Below, in pieces: positions 29,050-38,046 of a stretch of 64,000 nt of DNA. Source of the DNA: Acidimicrobiia bacterium (GTDB lineage Bacteria > Actinomycetota > Acidimicrobiia > Spongiisociales > ZC4RG35); assembly GCA_965203555.1 (NCBI GenBank), contig CBDBCY010000004.1, forward strand, positions 2,432,001 to 2,496,000. Reading direction: 5' to 3'. The notes below the pieces were generated by a model. The model saw only the letters and a list, made by a program, of their open reading frames with translations, was not told where the DNA came from and made no database searches. The translations under genes were made by a program, and so were the position numbers. Every line of letters starts with the position of its first letter. The first letter of the stretch is position 1.

Positions 29050-29993
29050 GCTCTACCCTTCGGGTTCCATACCACCTCAGTGACGGTTTCGGTATCGCGC
29101 AGTTCTCGGCACTCTTCTGCTAGGTGGGCAATCTTTTCTGCCAGCCGAGATGGGTTTGACAGGGATTCAGGCAGATCGCTCTCCACACTGAAAGAGCAGG
29201 CGGTACGCAGTCGCATCTGTTCAGATGCCAGGCTCGCCAGTTCCCATCTTGCCACGGTTTCGAGTATCTCGACCGCTGTAGCGCTTAATCCATAAGATGC
29301 CAGCAGACCGATGTCCAGTGCTGTGCGTAGCCAGATCCTGGCTGCCGTGTACTCGACGCGGTGAAACGGCACCATTCCATATCCCTCAGCCGCACCTCCC
29401 GTAGTCCCGGTCACCTTATGCCTGACATCGTCGGTTTTGACTCCCCCGGAGTGAGCCTCCCGGACATCCTCGGCCTCGATAAAGGCAGTAGTCGCTCTTG
29501 CAATCTTTGGCTGATGGGGCCACTTTCCGACCGCGAAGAAGACCCCGTGGATAAGGTTGAGTGGGTCGAGTCGAAAGATGGTCCGGGCAACTCGACTGGT
29601 GTCAACCGGTCGGTCTTGAACGAGTCCGAAGTCCTCCTCGAGGACTTTGAGAAAGTCCTTCGAGCCCTTCTTGGAGTTGCGGATAAAGGCGGAAGCGAGA
29701 CGATGGGCTTCGGTCCGGCTCGAAGTCAGATACTCACCGCTGTCGTTGACGACTCTCACCCACGGAAGCCCCGCGAGTTGTTCTACAGGATGATTGTCGA
29801 GGTCATTCCAACCCTGCGCTTCCAAGTGATTGGCCATCGACTGTGCGGATTCGACCAACAGCATCTTGGTGGTCTGCCCGTTAGGTCTTGGCTGGTCGTA
29901 CAGAGCCGCTCCCAGATCGGGGAACCCGGTCGGTTGGAAACGTCCGCTTGGCTCGGAACGAAGCGACAGATGGTGTATCTCCTGTTGTGTCAT
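29046..29993 (-). CDS. csb1: Type I-G Csb1/Cas7g
   Basis: RFQPTGFPDLG, LLVESAQSMANHLE, EAHRLAS, GYGMVPF, LRTAC; ATG 29993 overlaps csx17 stop. Confidence 0.93.
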   Translation of the reverse strand: MTQQEIHHLSLRSEPSGRFQPTGFPDLGAALYDQPRPNGQTTKMLLVESAQSMANHLEAQGWNDLDNHPVEQLAGLPWVRVVNDSGEYLTSSRTEAHRLASAFIRNSKKGSKDFLKVLEEDFGLVQDRPVDTSRVARTIFRLDPLNLIHGVFFAVGKWPHQPKIARATTAFIEAEDVREAHSGGVKTDDVRHKVTGTTGGAAEGYGMVPFHRVEYTAARIWLRTALDIGLLASYGLSATAVEILETVARWELASLASEQMRLRTACSFSVESDLPESLSNPSRLAEKIAHLAEECRELRDTETVTEVVWNPKGRA

Positions 29994-32224
29994 TTTGTTT
30001 CTCCTTCGGATGGACGTGGGGGACAAACGTTCCTGATAGCGTGTTCAACGGTGCGGGGAGAGATGGGAATCAATAGAGAGGCGAGAAGCCTGTCGGGCGA
30101 AGGGACACGAATGAATCTGGGTCGCACCGCAGGACTGAATCCTGCCGCCCGTAGCCGAACGATCGCCTCTCGCAGCACGGCTTGGACGTTCCCTGCTCGT
30201 AGTTTTTGTGGCCAGGTGAGCGAAGGAAGCAGATAGCGTTTTTCTTGCTCACCGGTATCTTCGCTGGGGACCTTGACAGGCCGTGCGTGGTAGAAGGGTG
30301 CCAGCAGCGCTCTCGCAACTGAGATGTCCCTTGGCTGATCCCCTGGATCGGCTTTGAAGGATGGGGGATATGCCAGCAGAGAGGCCACAGAAAGAAGTCG
30401 CCGGAGTCGCCGGCCGTCCAGAGGGTTGTTGAGGAAGGCCGACAGGTCAGCCGGGCCTAGCGGTCCTGCGTGGTCGAAGGCCACCAGCGATCCAGACCCC
30501 ACTGCAGGAGCATCCTCTTGGGGCTGGCGGGTCCGAGAGAGCATAGAGCGTGTAACGACTGCGGCTGCTAAGCCCTCAATTACGGTCCTTGACCCAAGAT
30601 AGTCGGGAGGTCGGTCAGCCCATTCGGGAGGCTTCCATGGATCCTTATGAAGCTTGACCGGCCGGAGCAATGCGCTAGCGGATCCGCTTCGCTGCTCGGG
30701 CTCCGTCAGCCTTCTTCCCCCTGGTGGGCGGTCGGCTTGAGTAGCGATTGCCGCCGCCAGTCGCCACTCGAAAGTATTGTCTTCCAGCGCCTCGGCCCAT
30801 CGTCCTGTGTCAAGCGGTGGCAGGGGAAACCCAACACCCTCTCGCAGGTCGGGATTGCGACTGATGGTCTGTTCCAAGGAGGCGAGTTCTGTTAGGAATT
30901 CTTGTAGCGGTTCAGGTCTGTCAGGTTTACGAACAACCTCCATCTGGGCGGCGTCGATACGGCGCAGTGCGGATCTTGCAGCGCCGGGCGGGGACTGTCT
31001 GCGGACACGATTCACCCAGTGATCAGTTTCTCCAAGAAGGCTGACGCGGTCTGCTGGCTGAGCGGCAACGTCAAAAGTACCAACCGGGACTGCGAGTGGC
31101 GACTGCCCAAAGCGTTCGGCGATGACGTATCTCTCGAAGCTGCCTAGTCCCCGGTCAACACCGAGAGTGGTCAAAGCCTTGGCAGCATCCAAGCCATGGG
31201 CCGCATGTCTTCCGTTCCACGAGATCCGCCCTTCTGCGATCACGCGGCGCAATTCCGGTACTGTGAGAGGGCGTTTCCAAAGTGGCGCCCAGAACTCACC
31301 TTTCACGTTCTCGCCTTCGGCGGACGTGTAACCCGCCGGACTACTCGGTACGGTGAACGGGGTGGTAGCCATCCCGCGGGAGCCGCCGAACCTGCGTGCT
31401 ATTCCGGAAGTGAACAGCAAAGTTCCTTCTAAGCCCAAAACGAAACTCCACAAGTTCTCCACGCTCTCAGCACTTCCGAAGGCGGAGGAGTTCATGGTTC
31501 CTGCGGCTCCTGGTGAAAACTGTCCCACTGGCTTTTTATCCAACCGGGGATGACCTTCGTCAAACAGGGAGTGGCTGAGCAGTTTTGCGCTCCGTTTTCG
31601 ATGCCTCGGGTCTAGTAGAAAGGAAAGGGCCTCCATGTAGTTTGTTGCGAGATCCAGCCTTCCGAGATTTCCGCCGGTCCCCAGCAACAGCGGGTATTGA
31701 GGTTTCTTCTCGTCGGCGATCACCACAGTTGCATCTAACCAATCGAGCGCCTCGTCAGGAAAGAGAGATCGACATCGAGCAAGGAAGGTGCTCTTGTCAA
31801 CTTTGAGAATGTATTTGTCATTCTTTCCGACTTGCTTCTCCCACCGCTCCTCGATCCATCCCGATGCCATTCCTTCACCCCACGCACGCCGTGCCTCTTC
31901 TATCGCGAACCGGAATGGTGCAAATCGAGAGCTGTCGTTTGATTCGATCTTGGCAACGGCCCTTTCGCCCTTTTCACACTTCAAAGTTCTGAAACCACCG
32001 CCGCCGTTCCAAGGTGAGAGCATCGGTGTAGGTTTATAGCTTTCCAGGAAGAATCCCTGTATGGCGTCGCGGGCTAGGTCACTGTTGATGTGGAGAGTGG
32101 AGTCCTTCCAAAAAGACAAAAGCTCAGACGAGCATTGCTTATGGAGAATGCTCAGAATCCCTAATCCTCGTAGGTATGAGAGCAAGGGAGTAGAACGACA
32201 ACCGGTCAAGGCGATGAGACTCAA
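29990..32224 (-). CDS. csx17: Type I-G large subunit Csx17/Cas8g
   Basis: LTGC..PL.SYL, PWNGGGGF, LLGTGGNLGRLD, GEFWAPLW, RGLGSFERY. Confidence 0.9.
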   Translation of the reverse strand: MSLIALTGCRSTPLLSYLRGLGILSILHKQCSSELLSFWKDSTLHINSDLARDAIQGFFLESYKPTPMLSPWNGGGGFRTLKCEKGERAVAKIESNDSSRFAPFRFAIEEARRAWGEGMASGWIEERWEKQVGKNDKYILKVDKSTFLARCRSLFPDEALDWLDATVVIADEKKPQYPLLLGTGGNLGRLDLATNYMEALSFLLDPRHRKRSAKLLSHSLFDEGHPRLDKKPVGQFSPGAAGTMNSSAFGSAESVENLWSFVLGLEGTLLFTSGIARRFGGSRGMATTPFTVPSSPAGYTSAEGENVKGEFWAPLWKRPLTVPELRRVIAEGRISWNGRHAAHGLDAAKALTTLGVDRGLGSFERYVIAERFGQSPLAVPVGTFDVAAQPADRVSLLGETDHWVNRVRRQSPPGAARSALRRIDAAQMEVVRKPDRPEPLQEFLTELASLEQTISRNPDLREGVGFPLPPLDTGRWAEALEDNTFEWRLAAAIATQADRPPGGRRLTEPEQRSGSASALLRPVKLHKDPWKPPEWADRPPDYLGSRTVIEGLAAAVVTRSMLSRTRQPQEDAPAVGSGSLVAFDHAGPLGPADLSAFLNNPLDGRRLRRLLSVASLLAYPPSFKADPGDQPRDISVARALLAPFYHARPVKVPSEDTGEQEKRYLLPSLTWPQKLRAGNVQAVLREAIVRLRAAGFSPAVRPRFIRVPSPDRLLASLLIPISPRTVEHAIRNVCPPRPSEGETK

Positions 32225-34614
32225 GACAGTGCCCTCCCCGGGTTAGCACTGGCTCGCCAATCGGCCATCCTCACCAGCATCTCCAGAAATGCCAGACGGA
32301 AGGGTCCCAGATCGGACCGATCGCGGAGTGTGAGCATCCGAGCGGTGTAACTGGGGGCAAGACCATCGCCGTTGCCCAAGCCTACGTCTGCGAGACAAAC
32401 CTCGCCCCCGCGGGTCTTCCCGCCGGGTATCTCCACGGCTGGCACGTAGTCGCCATCCACCACCCCGAGCGCGATGTCTCGGGCTCTCTTGTTCGGCGGG
32501 GGCCGTTCGTCTTCCAATCGACGGACCCCCAACCGGACTCGGCCATGGTGTCCTGCTGCTAAGAAAACCACTAGGTCAGGTTCAGCTACGTCTTCAAGAA
32601 GGAATCGTTCGGGGCCAAGCAGCATCAAGGCGGAGACAAGACCGTGCCGGAAGTGTCTCTGGGAGTATCTCAAGGTCCGTTTGTTTCCTCCTTTGGCGAG
32701 CACCGCTTCCTCCTCCGGGAGAGGATCAGAGTCTGCCCGTGTCTTCCTGATAGCGTCTTGGAAAACTTGATGTGCCTTGCCGAGGTCGTGATATCTGGCA
32801 GCCAACCGTGCCGCCTGAACGGCATTGGTAGGTACGTCAAGGGATCCGAATTCGTCTATTATTTCTACGAAGGATGATTCGGTGTCCGCCAAATGATCCC
32901 GGAGTGTCAACCACGGGACTCGGGAGAAGGCGCTTGCCGGATCATCGCCTATAGCCGAATCATGCTGATCGGCCAACACTTTATCGCCGGAGACCGGCGT
33001 AACAGGTTTGGAGGAACGGTCCCAGCCCAGTTCGGATCCATAACCGCCGGTGGCTACGTCAAGGACAACCGTCAAATTAGGTCGTATGTCACGGGCCAAG
33101 ATTTGCGACCAGCGGCGTTCGCCCCGGGCTAGCGGATCTGCTACAAAGGCACGCGCTTTTTTATTGCTGACGAATCTCCGTAACTCTCCTATAGGTACAC
33201 GGCAGATCTCTGTGGCGGAGGGTCCGGTATCAGGCGACGGATGGTTGTCGTCGGTGACCGTGCGCCAGAGCACCATCACGTCACGATCAGCGGTGTCGCG
33301 AATGAACCGCCCGACGTCAATGTCGTTGCCGGTCAGGTCTGGCAAGGTGTCGAACAACTCAACAAGGTCACGTCTGCGGAGAGTGGGAACCGGATCGAGG
33401 TTCGTTTGGACAGTCTTTGCCGACAGCGATGTCGGTGTAACCGTGTCTGGGAGGCTGGTCAGCACTCTCTCGGCAGTGTCGAGTTCATCTTGGTTGTAGG
33501 GATGAGCAGTCTTAGGTCGCATCCACAACATCTGGGCGTCCACTGTTTCGCCTGTTCTGTTGCAGCGTCCCGCTCTTTGCACGAGGGATGACCAAGGCGC
33601 CAGATCGGTGAGGAGGGTTGCAGATGAGATGTCCAGGCCGGCTTCCACGACCTGGGTGGCAATCACAATGCGTCCCGATAATGGGATATCAGCCAGGATC
33701 CGGCTTAGCGCAGCTTGGCGGTCTCCTTGGCGAAATCGTGAATGAATCAGTACCACCTCAGCGTCTGTCTTCATTCTCCTGAGTGCCTTATAAGAGTCCT
33801 GTGCGCGCCTCACATTGTTCGCAACCACCAGTGTCAAAGTGTCGGGTCGGTGATTGTCATAGGCGAGGCGGGCTACATCTATAGGTTTTGGTGCGTGTCC
33901 AACATCTCGGATTTGACGCGGCGCGTCAGATCGTTTGGTCAATGTCTCCCAGGAGCGATCCTCTTCGCCGAGTTCCACAATGCGGCCTACCTCCGGTGCA
34001 TCAACGGTCTTAAGCGCATTGAAGTTCACTGTTGCCGACATCCACATGGTGCTCGTGGGCTGAGCGGTGCCGAAGATCTCGCGAAAGGCTTGAATTTGAC
34101 GCCCGGTCGACACGGCTGCATCCATCAGTTGGATCTCATCGAATACCCACTGGCACCCGGAGTTGAAGGCGCCGAAAGAGATGGGCCAATTCCATCGGTT
34201 GTCTGCGAATCCGCGGTTGAGAGCCCGTGAGAGAAGCATGTCCATCGTGCCTATGAACACGGCATCACGCTCTGGATTGAGTCTCCACTCTTGATCACTC
34301 CAGGCGGCTCCGCCCATCACGCGGTGGACTCCCAGTTCTTCCTGGCCGAGACCAAGGGCTTCCCGCCACTTGACGAACCGATTGAAGGTTTGGTCGACAA
34401 GTGTGCGCATGGGAAGGGCGTAAACCAGCCATCTAGGGGTTGTCCCCCGGGCGGCGTGCCTCCGGAGCCACAGCCAACTAAGCCCCGCGGCTTCCGTTTT
34501 CCCACATCCCGTATCCACTCGCAACACTTCGGGCAATCCTTCGTGGGCGAGACGCGATTGGTAGGGATAGGGATTGTGGCTTGTCGCCTGCCGGAAAAAA
34601 CCGCTGAAATCCAT
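32221..34614 (-). CDS. cas3: Type I-G Cas3 (helicase with C-terminal HD nuclease)
   Basis: PYPYQ, TGCGKT, DEIQ, SAT, QRAGRCNR; C-terminal H...YHDLGKAH...HH...ADWRAS. Confidence 0.95.
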   Translation of the reverse strand: MDFSGFFRQATSHNPYPYQSRLAHEGLPEVLRVDTGCGKTEAAGLSWLWLRRHAARGTTPRWLVYALPMRTLVDQTFNRFVKWREALGLGQEELGVHRVMGGAAWSDQEWRLNPERDAVFIGTMDMLLSRALNRGFADNRWNWPISFGAFNSGCQWVFDEIQLMDAAVSTGRQIQAFREIFGTAQPTSTMWMSATVNFNALKTVDAPEVGRIVELGEEDRSWETLTKRSDAPRQIRDVGHAPKPIDVARLAYDNHRPDTLTLVVANNVRRAQDSYKALRRMKTDAEVVLIHSRFRQGDRQAALSRILADIPLSGRIVIATQVVEAGLDISSATLLTDLAPWSSLVQRAGRCNRTGETVDAQMLWMRPKTAHPYNQDELDTAERVLTSLPDTVTPTSLSAKTVQTNLDPVPTLRRRDLVELFDTLPDLTGNDIDVGRFIRDTADRDVMVLWRTVTDDNHPSPDTGPSATEICRVPIGELRRFVSNKKARAFVADPLARGERRWSQILARDIRPNLTVVLDVATGGYGSELGWDRSSKPVTPVSGDKVLADQHDSAIGDDPASAFSRVPWLTLRDHLADTESSFVEIIDEFGSLDVPTNAVQAARLAARYHDLGKAHQVFQDAIRKTRADSDPLPEEEAVLAKGGNKRTLRYSQRHFRHGLVSALMLLGPERFLLEDVAEPDLVVFLAAGHHGRVRLGVRRLEDERPPPNKRARDIALGVVDGDYVPAVEIPGGKTRGGEVCLADVGLGNGDGLAPSYTARMLTLRDRSDLGPFRLAFLEMLVRMADWRASANPGRALS

Positions 34615-34901
34615 TACTTACCTCCACCAGTGGGAGCAAGGCCCACTTTCTTAGGGACGGGTGTCGTTGGATAGCATCTTCGGGTACGCATTTCTGTCGT
34701 TGGCTTAGTGTAGATAGAGGGGTGTGACACCTTGCCATTGGCGTTTTTAGTTGGAGGTCTCTGACTGAAGCAGATAGAGCACATGGGGACATTCCCGCTG
34801 CCCCAAGCGTCAACGGGTTCTCCTTTGGTCTTGTGAGCGCGCCATTCCCAATAGTCATGTTGCTTTCCTCCAGCGATGATCCACGGTGTGATGAGACCCA
34901 T
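34614..34901 (-). CDS. Unknown 95-aa protein translationally coupled to cas3 (candidate CRISPR-repressed toxin or accessory factor)
   Basis: ATG 9 nt after TATAAT; stop overlaps cas3 start (GGAGGTAAG-TAA-TG); contains CSIC and further His/Cys residues. Confidence 0.55.
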   Translation of the reverse strand: MGLITPWIIAGGKQHDYWEWRAHKTKGEPVDAWGSGNVPMCSICFSQRPPTKNANGKVSHPSIYTKPTTEMRTRRCYPTTPVPKKVGLAPTGGGK

Positions 34902-34910
34902 GTCGCCTTG

Positions 34911-34940
34911 ATTATAGGCACTCTGGTCCCATACAGCCAA
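34911..34940 (-). promoter_or_regulatory. Sigma70-type promoter of ORF95-cas operon (TTGGCT-18-TATAAT), overlapped by mini-array target
   Basis: -10 TATAAT at 34916-34911, -35 TTGGCT at 34940-34935; protospacer-like site 34947-34930 with TTG PAM 34950-34948. Confidence 0.7.
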
Positions 34941-34965
34941 CTATCAGCAACTGTACTCACGGGAA

Positions 34966-35059
34966 GCCAAAAGAGGCAGGACCTGGCGAGGGTCCCGGCA
35001 GGTTGAGCATACATCCAGCTATCAGGCCGCAATGGAGGCCAGGTCCCGCCTTGTCGGAG
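34966..35059 (-). CRISPR. Degenerate CRISPR mini-array (crRNA-like regulatory RNA): psiR1 35026-35059, 24-nt spacer 35002-35025, psiR2 34966-35001
   Basis: psiR1 keeps CTCCGA start and CCTCCATTGCGGC 3' end incl. 8-nt handle; psiR2 is 36 nt with compensated stem GGACC/GGTCC; spacer matches adjacent promoter. Confidence 0.8.
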
Positions 35060-35212
35060 GATACCGCAATTGCCACTTGACAAGTGTCAGGACAGGGAGA
35101 AGCGTGTTGCCTCAGCCTGGAGGCCTTTTGGCAGGTCCAACGCGCACCACCCCGACATTCATCTGCGGGGGAGGGGGAGATTGGTGTGGTGTATTGTTCG
35201 GCGCAAAGCATT

Positions 35213-35434
35213 ATGACCAACGACCTGACCGACGAGGGTGTGGAGGCAATCCTGCAACGTGGTTCCCCTGCCTCATGGCCGGACTCCCACAGTGATGAGT
35301 TGAAGATACCCTTCGGTCGCCACCGGGATAACATCTGGATCATCGGGGATATCGTCTCTCCCATGCCTGTCGAGTGGTTCGAAGGGAGTGTTGATGGGGA
35401 CGAGGACTTGTTTAGCCCACTGACGAGTGGTTAA
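35213..35434 (+). CDS. Small acidic protein, antitoxin-like C-terminus
   Basis: KIPFGRHRDNIWIIGDIVSPMPVEWFEG resembles C-terminal tails of VapC-partner antitoxins; no adjacent toxin. Confidence 0.45.
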   Translation: MTNDLTDEGVEAILQRGSPASWPDSHSDELKIPFGRHRDNIWIIGDIVSPMPVEWFEGSVDGDEDLFSPLTSG

Positions 35435-35694
35435 GTCAAGAGGAATGCCGAGGGATTGCACTATGGAGCGTTCGGTGGAGTTGCGCTCCATCGCCTGGGT
35501 TGTTTCACCACTGACACTTCCTCCTGATCCCCTCCTGAGTCGGAGATGGCCAGTGCGCCTCTGGCGAATGGAGCAAGTGGGATGAACGGGACCGCTGATG
35601 GAGGGCGGCAGGGGGTGGCAAAGAGCCAATCTGTCACAGGGCCAAGGTTATGCTGAGCCTATGGTGTCCAGTCGAGATCAGGAGGGGAAACCGT

Positions 35695-36450
35695 ATGACA
35701 ACTGAAGCCGCTGTCTTTTCTGGAAGTGAGGCGACCCAAGGGGCGACGCGCACCTTGTTCCAATCAAAAAAGCGTGAGGTGCGGAATGGCGCTGCTACGA
35801 ACGAGCTTGTTCTGAGCGCCTATGTGGGTGGGAACGAACATGTCTTTCCTCGAGTGATGGGCTTGTACGTAAGTCCCGGAAGTGTGGTGGCTGATGTCAC
35901 CTACGGCAAGGGTGTGTTCTGGAAGAACATACCGGCCGACCGCTATACGCTCCTGGCCACGGACATCCAGGACGGGGTGGACTGCCGGGATCTCCCTTAT
36001 GCGGATGAAGAGATCGACTGTGTGGTTCTCGATCCCCCTTACATGCACTCACCTGGGGGTACTGCCCATCGCTCTCATACGCCCTTTGAGACCTACTACA
36101 GGAATAACGGGTCGGGAGGACAGACTCGTCGGAAATATCACGAAGCCGTTTTGGACCTGTACCTCGACGCTGCGCGGGAAGCGTATCGTGTGTTGCGCGA
36201 GAGGGGCGTTTTCATCGTCAAGTGCCAAGATCAGGTTTGTTCCAACCGGCAGCGCTTCACCCATGTCGAGATTATGGAGGCGTGTGGCGAGATGGGGTTC
36301 GTCGCGGAAGACCTGTTTGTTGTTGTGCGGAACAATCGACCGGGGGTCAGCCGCGTGGTTCGCCAGGTGCATGCCCGCAAGAACCACTCCTATTTCTTGG
36401 TGTTCTGGAAGCGCGGGGCCAAGGGGTCACTGTGGGAAGCTCCCGGCTGA
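35695..36450 (+). CDS. Amino (N6A/N4C) DNA methyltransferase
   Basis: RBS GGAGG; SAM-binding VADVTYGKGVFW; catalytic VVLDPPY; HARKNHSYFLVF. Confidence 0.85.
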   Translation: MTTEAAVFSGSEATQGATRTLFQSKKREVRNGAATNELVLSAYVGGNEHVFPRVMGLYVSPGSVVADVTYGKGVFWKNIPADRYTLLATDIQDGVDCRDLPYADEEIDCVVLDPPYMHSPGGTAHRSHTPFETYYRNNGSGGQTRRKYHEAVLDLYLDAAREAYRVLRERGVFIVKCQDQVCSNRQRFTHVEIMEACGEMGFVAEDLFVVVRNNRPGVSRVVRQVHARKNHSYFLVFWKRGAKGSLWEAPG

Positions 36451-36947
36451 GTCCTGTCGACCTCATGGTGAAGGTCATCAAGGATCACACACCAGAGTCG
36501 ATCTGGACGGATTCGCCTTTCATGGGTTATCGCCTGGTTGGGAACACCAATCGCGGCGAAATCGGAGAGGATTTTATTCGCCGATACTTGAAGGGGGCCG
36601 GTATCGGGGTCGGAAACGGTTCGCGCGTCACTCCAACCGATCTGCGGATCGCCGGAGAGAGGTTTGAGGTAAAGACCGCATCGTTGGGAGCGAACGCGAC
36701 CTTCCAATTCAACCATGTCCGACTCGACAAGCAATACCGATATCTGCTGTGTCTGGGGATTTGCCCTCATCGCATCGTGTTCAACGCATGGCGCAAGGGT
36801 GCTCTTTCAGAAGGAGAGGCCGGGAAGCTCGTCCGTATGGCGGAGGGACAGAGCACTACACACAAACTGACGAAGAAGCTGGCTGATATGAGGCCGATCG
36901 AGGAACTGCCCCTGTGGATTCGGGAAGAAGTAATCGAGAATGGTTAG
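36432..36947 (+). CDS. Putative PD-(D/E)XK restriction endonuclease
   Basis: RGEIGEDF...TDLRI...FEVKTA...FQFNHVR; overlaps methyltransferase end. Confidence 0.7.
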   Translation: MGSSRLSPVDLMVKVIKDHTPESIWTDSPFMGYRLVGNTNRGEIGEDFIRRYLKGAGIGVGNGSRVTPTDLRIAGERFEVKTASLGANATFQFNHVRLDKQYRYLLCLGICPHRIVFNAWRKGALSEGEAGKLVRMAEGQSTTHKLTKKLADMRPIEELPLWIREEVIENG

Positions 36948-38046
36948 CCGGAGACCAGCTTTTCGATGAGGGTGACCGAACGGAGTGAGGCTGTGCCGTC
37001 TCCGTAGGGGGTGGGGGTATTGGCTAAGCGGCGGTGGGTGCAGTCCAGGGTTTCCGTTATCTGGGTGATGGCCTCGTTCACTCCGTCGCCAGGCTTGCGG
37101 AGTATGGCGAAGGTGCCCAGGACTTCGGGGCGTTCGGTGGAGTTGCGGACGACCACCATGGGGCGTTTGACTACTGATACCTCTTCCTGAACTCCGCCCG
37201 AGTCGGAGACTGCCAGGGCGCATTCGGCGAGGAGGGAGAGGAACTCTGGGTAGGGGAGGGGTCCACTACTCGCAGCCGGTCGAGGAGCGGCTGCAGTCCG
37301 AACGAGGCGGCGCGGTGACGGCTGCGCGGGTGGAGCGGCAGCACGACCGGCAGGGAAAGTCCGGCCAGATCGGAGAGGATGGTTTTCCAAGTCCGGGGAT
37401 GGTCGACGTTCTCGGGGCGATGGAAGGTGGAGAGGATGAACCCGTTGGGATTCAGACCGTGGCGGTTCAGGATCCGAGCACGCTGGTCGGGAAGTGGAAG
37501 TAGCGACTCCAGCGCCTCCACCACCGGGTTGCCGGTGACCGCCACCCGGTCGCCCGCTATCCCCTCCCTGGCCAGGTTGGAGGCCGATGTCTCGGTGGGC
37601 GCCAGGCACAGGTCGGAGAGATGGTCGCACACCACCCGGTTGTGTTCTTCGGGCATGGCCCGGTCGTAGCTGCGCAGTCCCGCCTCCACATGCACCAGCA
37701 GAGTCTCGGTGGCGTTGGCGGCCAGTGAGCCGGCCAGCACCGCGTTGGTGTCTCCCTGCACCACCACCGCCCGCGGAGGGTCATTCAGGAAAAGACGGGT
37801 GAGGCGGGAGGTGGCCTCTCCGATCTGGATGCCCCGGGGCTCCCCTCCAACCTCGAGGAAGTGGGTCGGGAGGGGCAGGTCGAAGGCCCTGAAAAACGCC
37901 GCAGAGAGGTTGGCGTCGTAGTGCTGTCCGGTGTGGATCACCCGGGCGGCGGGTCCCAGCAGTTTGATGATGTGGGCCAGCTTGATGATTTCCGGACGGG
38001 TGCCGAGCACGATGGCGACGGCGCCGGGAGGCAGATCAGCGGTCAT
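36944..38046 (-). CDS. wecB: UDP-N-acetylglucosamine 2-epimerase with -1 frameshift in C-run (~37258)
   Basis: GTRPEIIK, HTGQHY, QGDT, HVEAGLRS, PEEHNR; second frame LPYPEF...SDSGGVQEE...TERPE...PYGDG. Confidence 0.85.

Noticed and set aside
34902-34940. TTG start giving the 108-aa version of the ORF upstream of cas3
   Set aside because: The TTG is the -35 box and the extension spans the TATAAT -10; ATG 34901 is more plausible.
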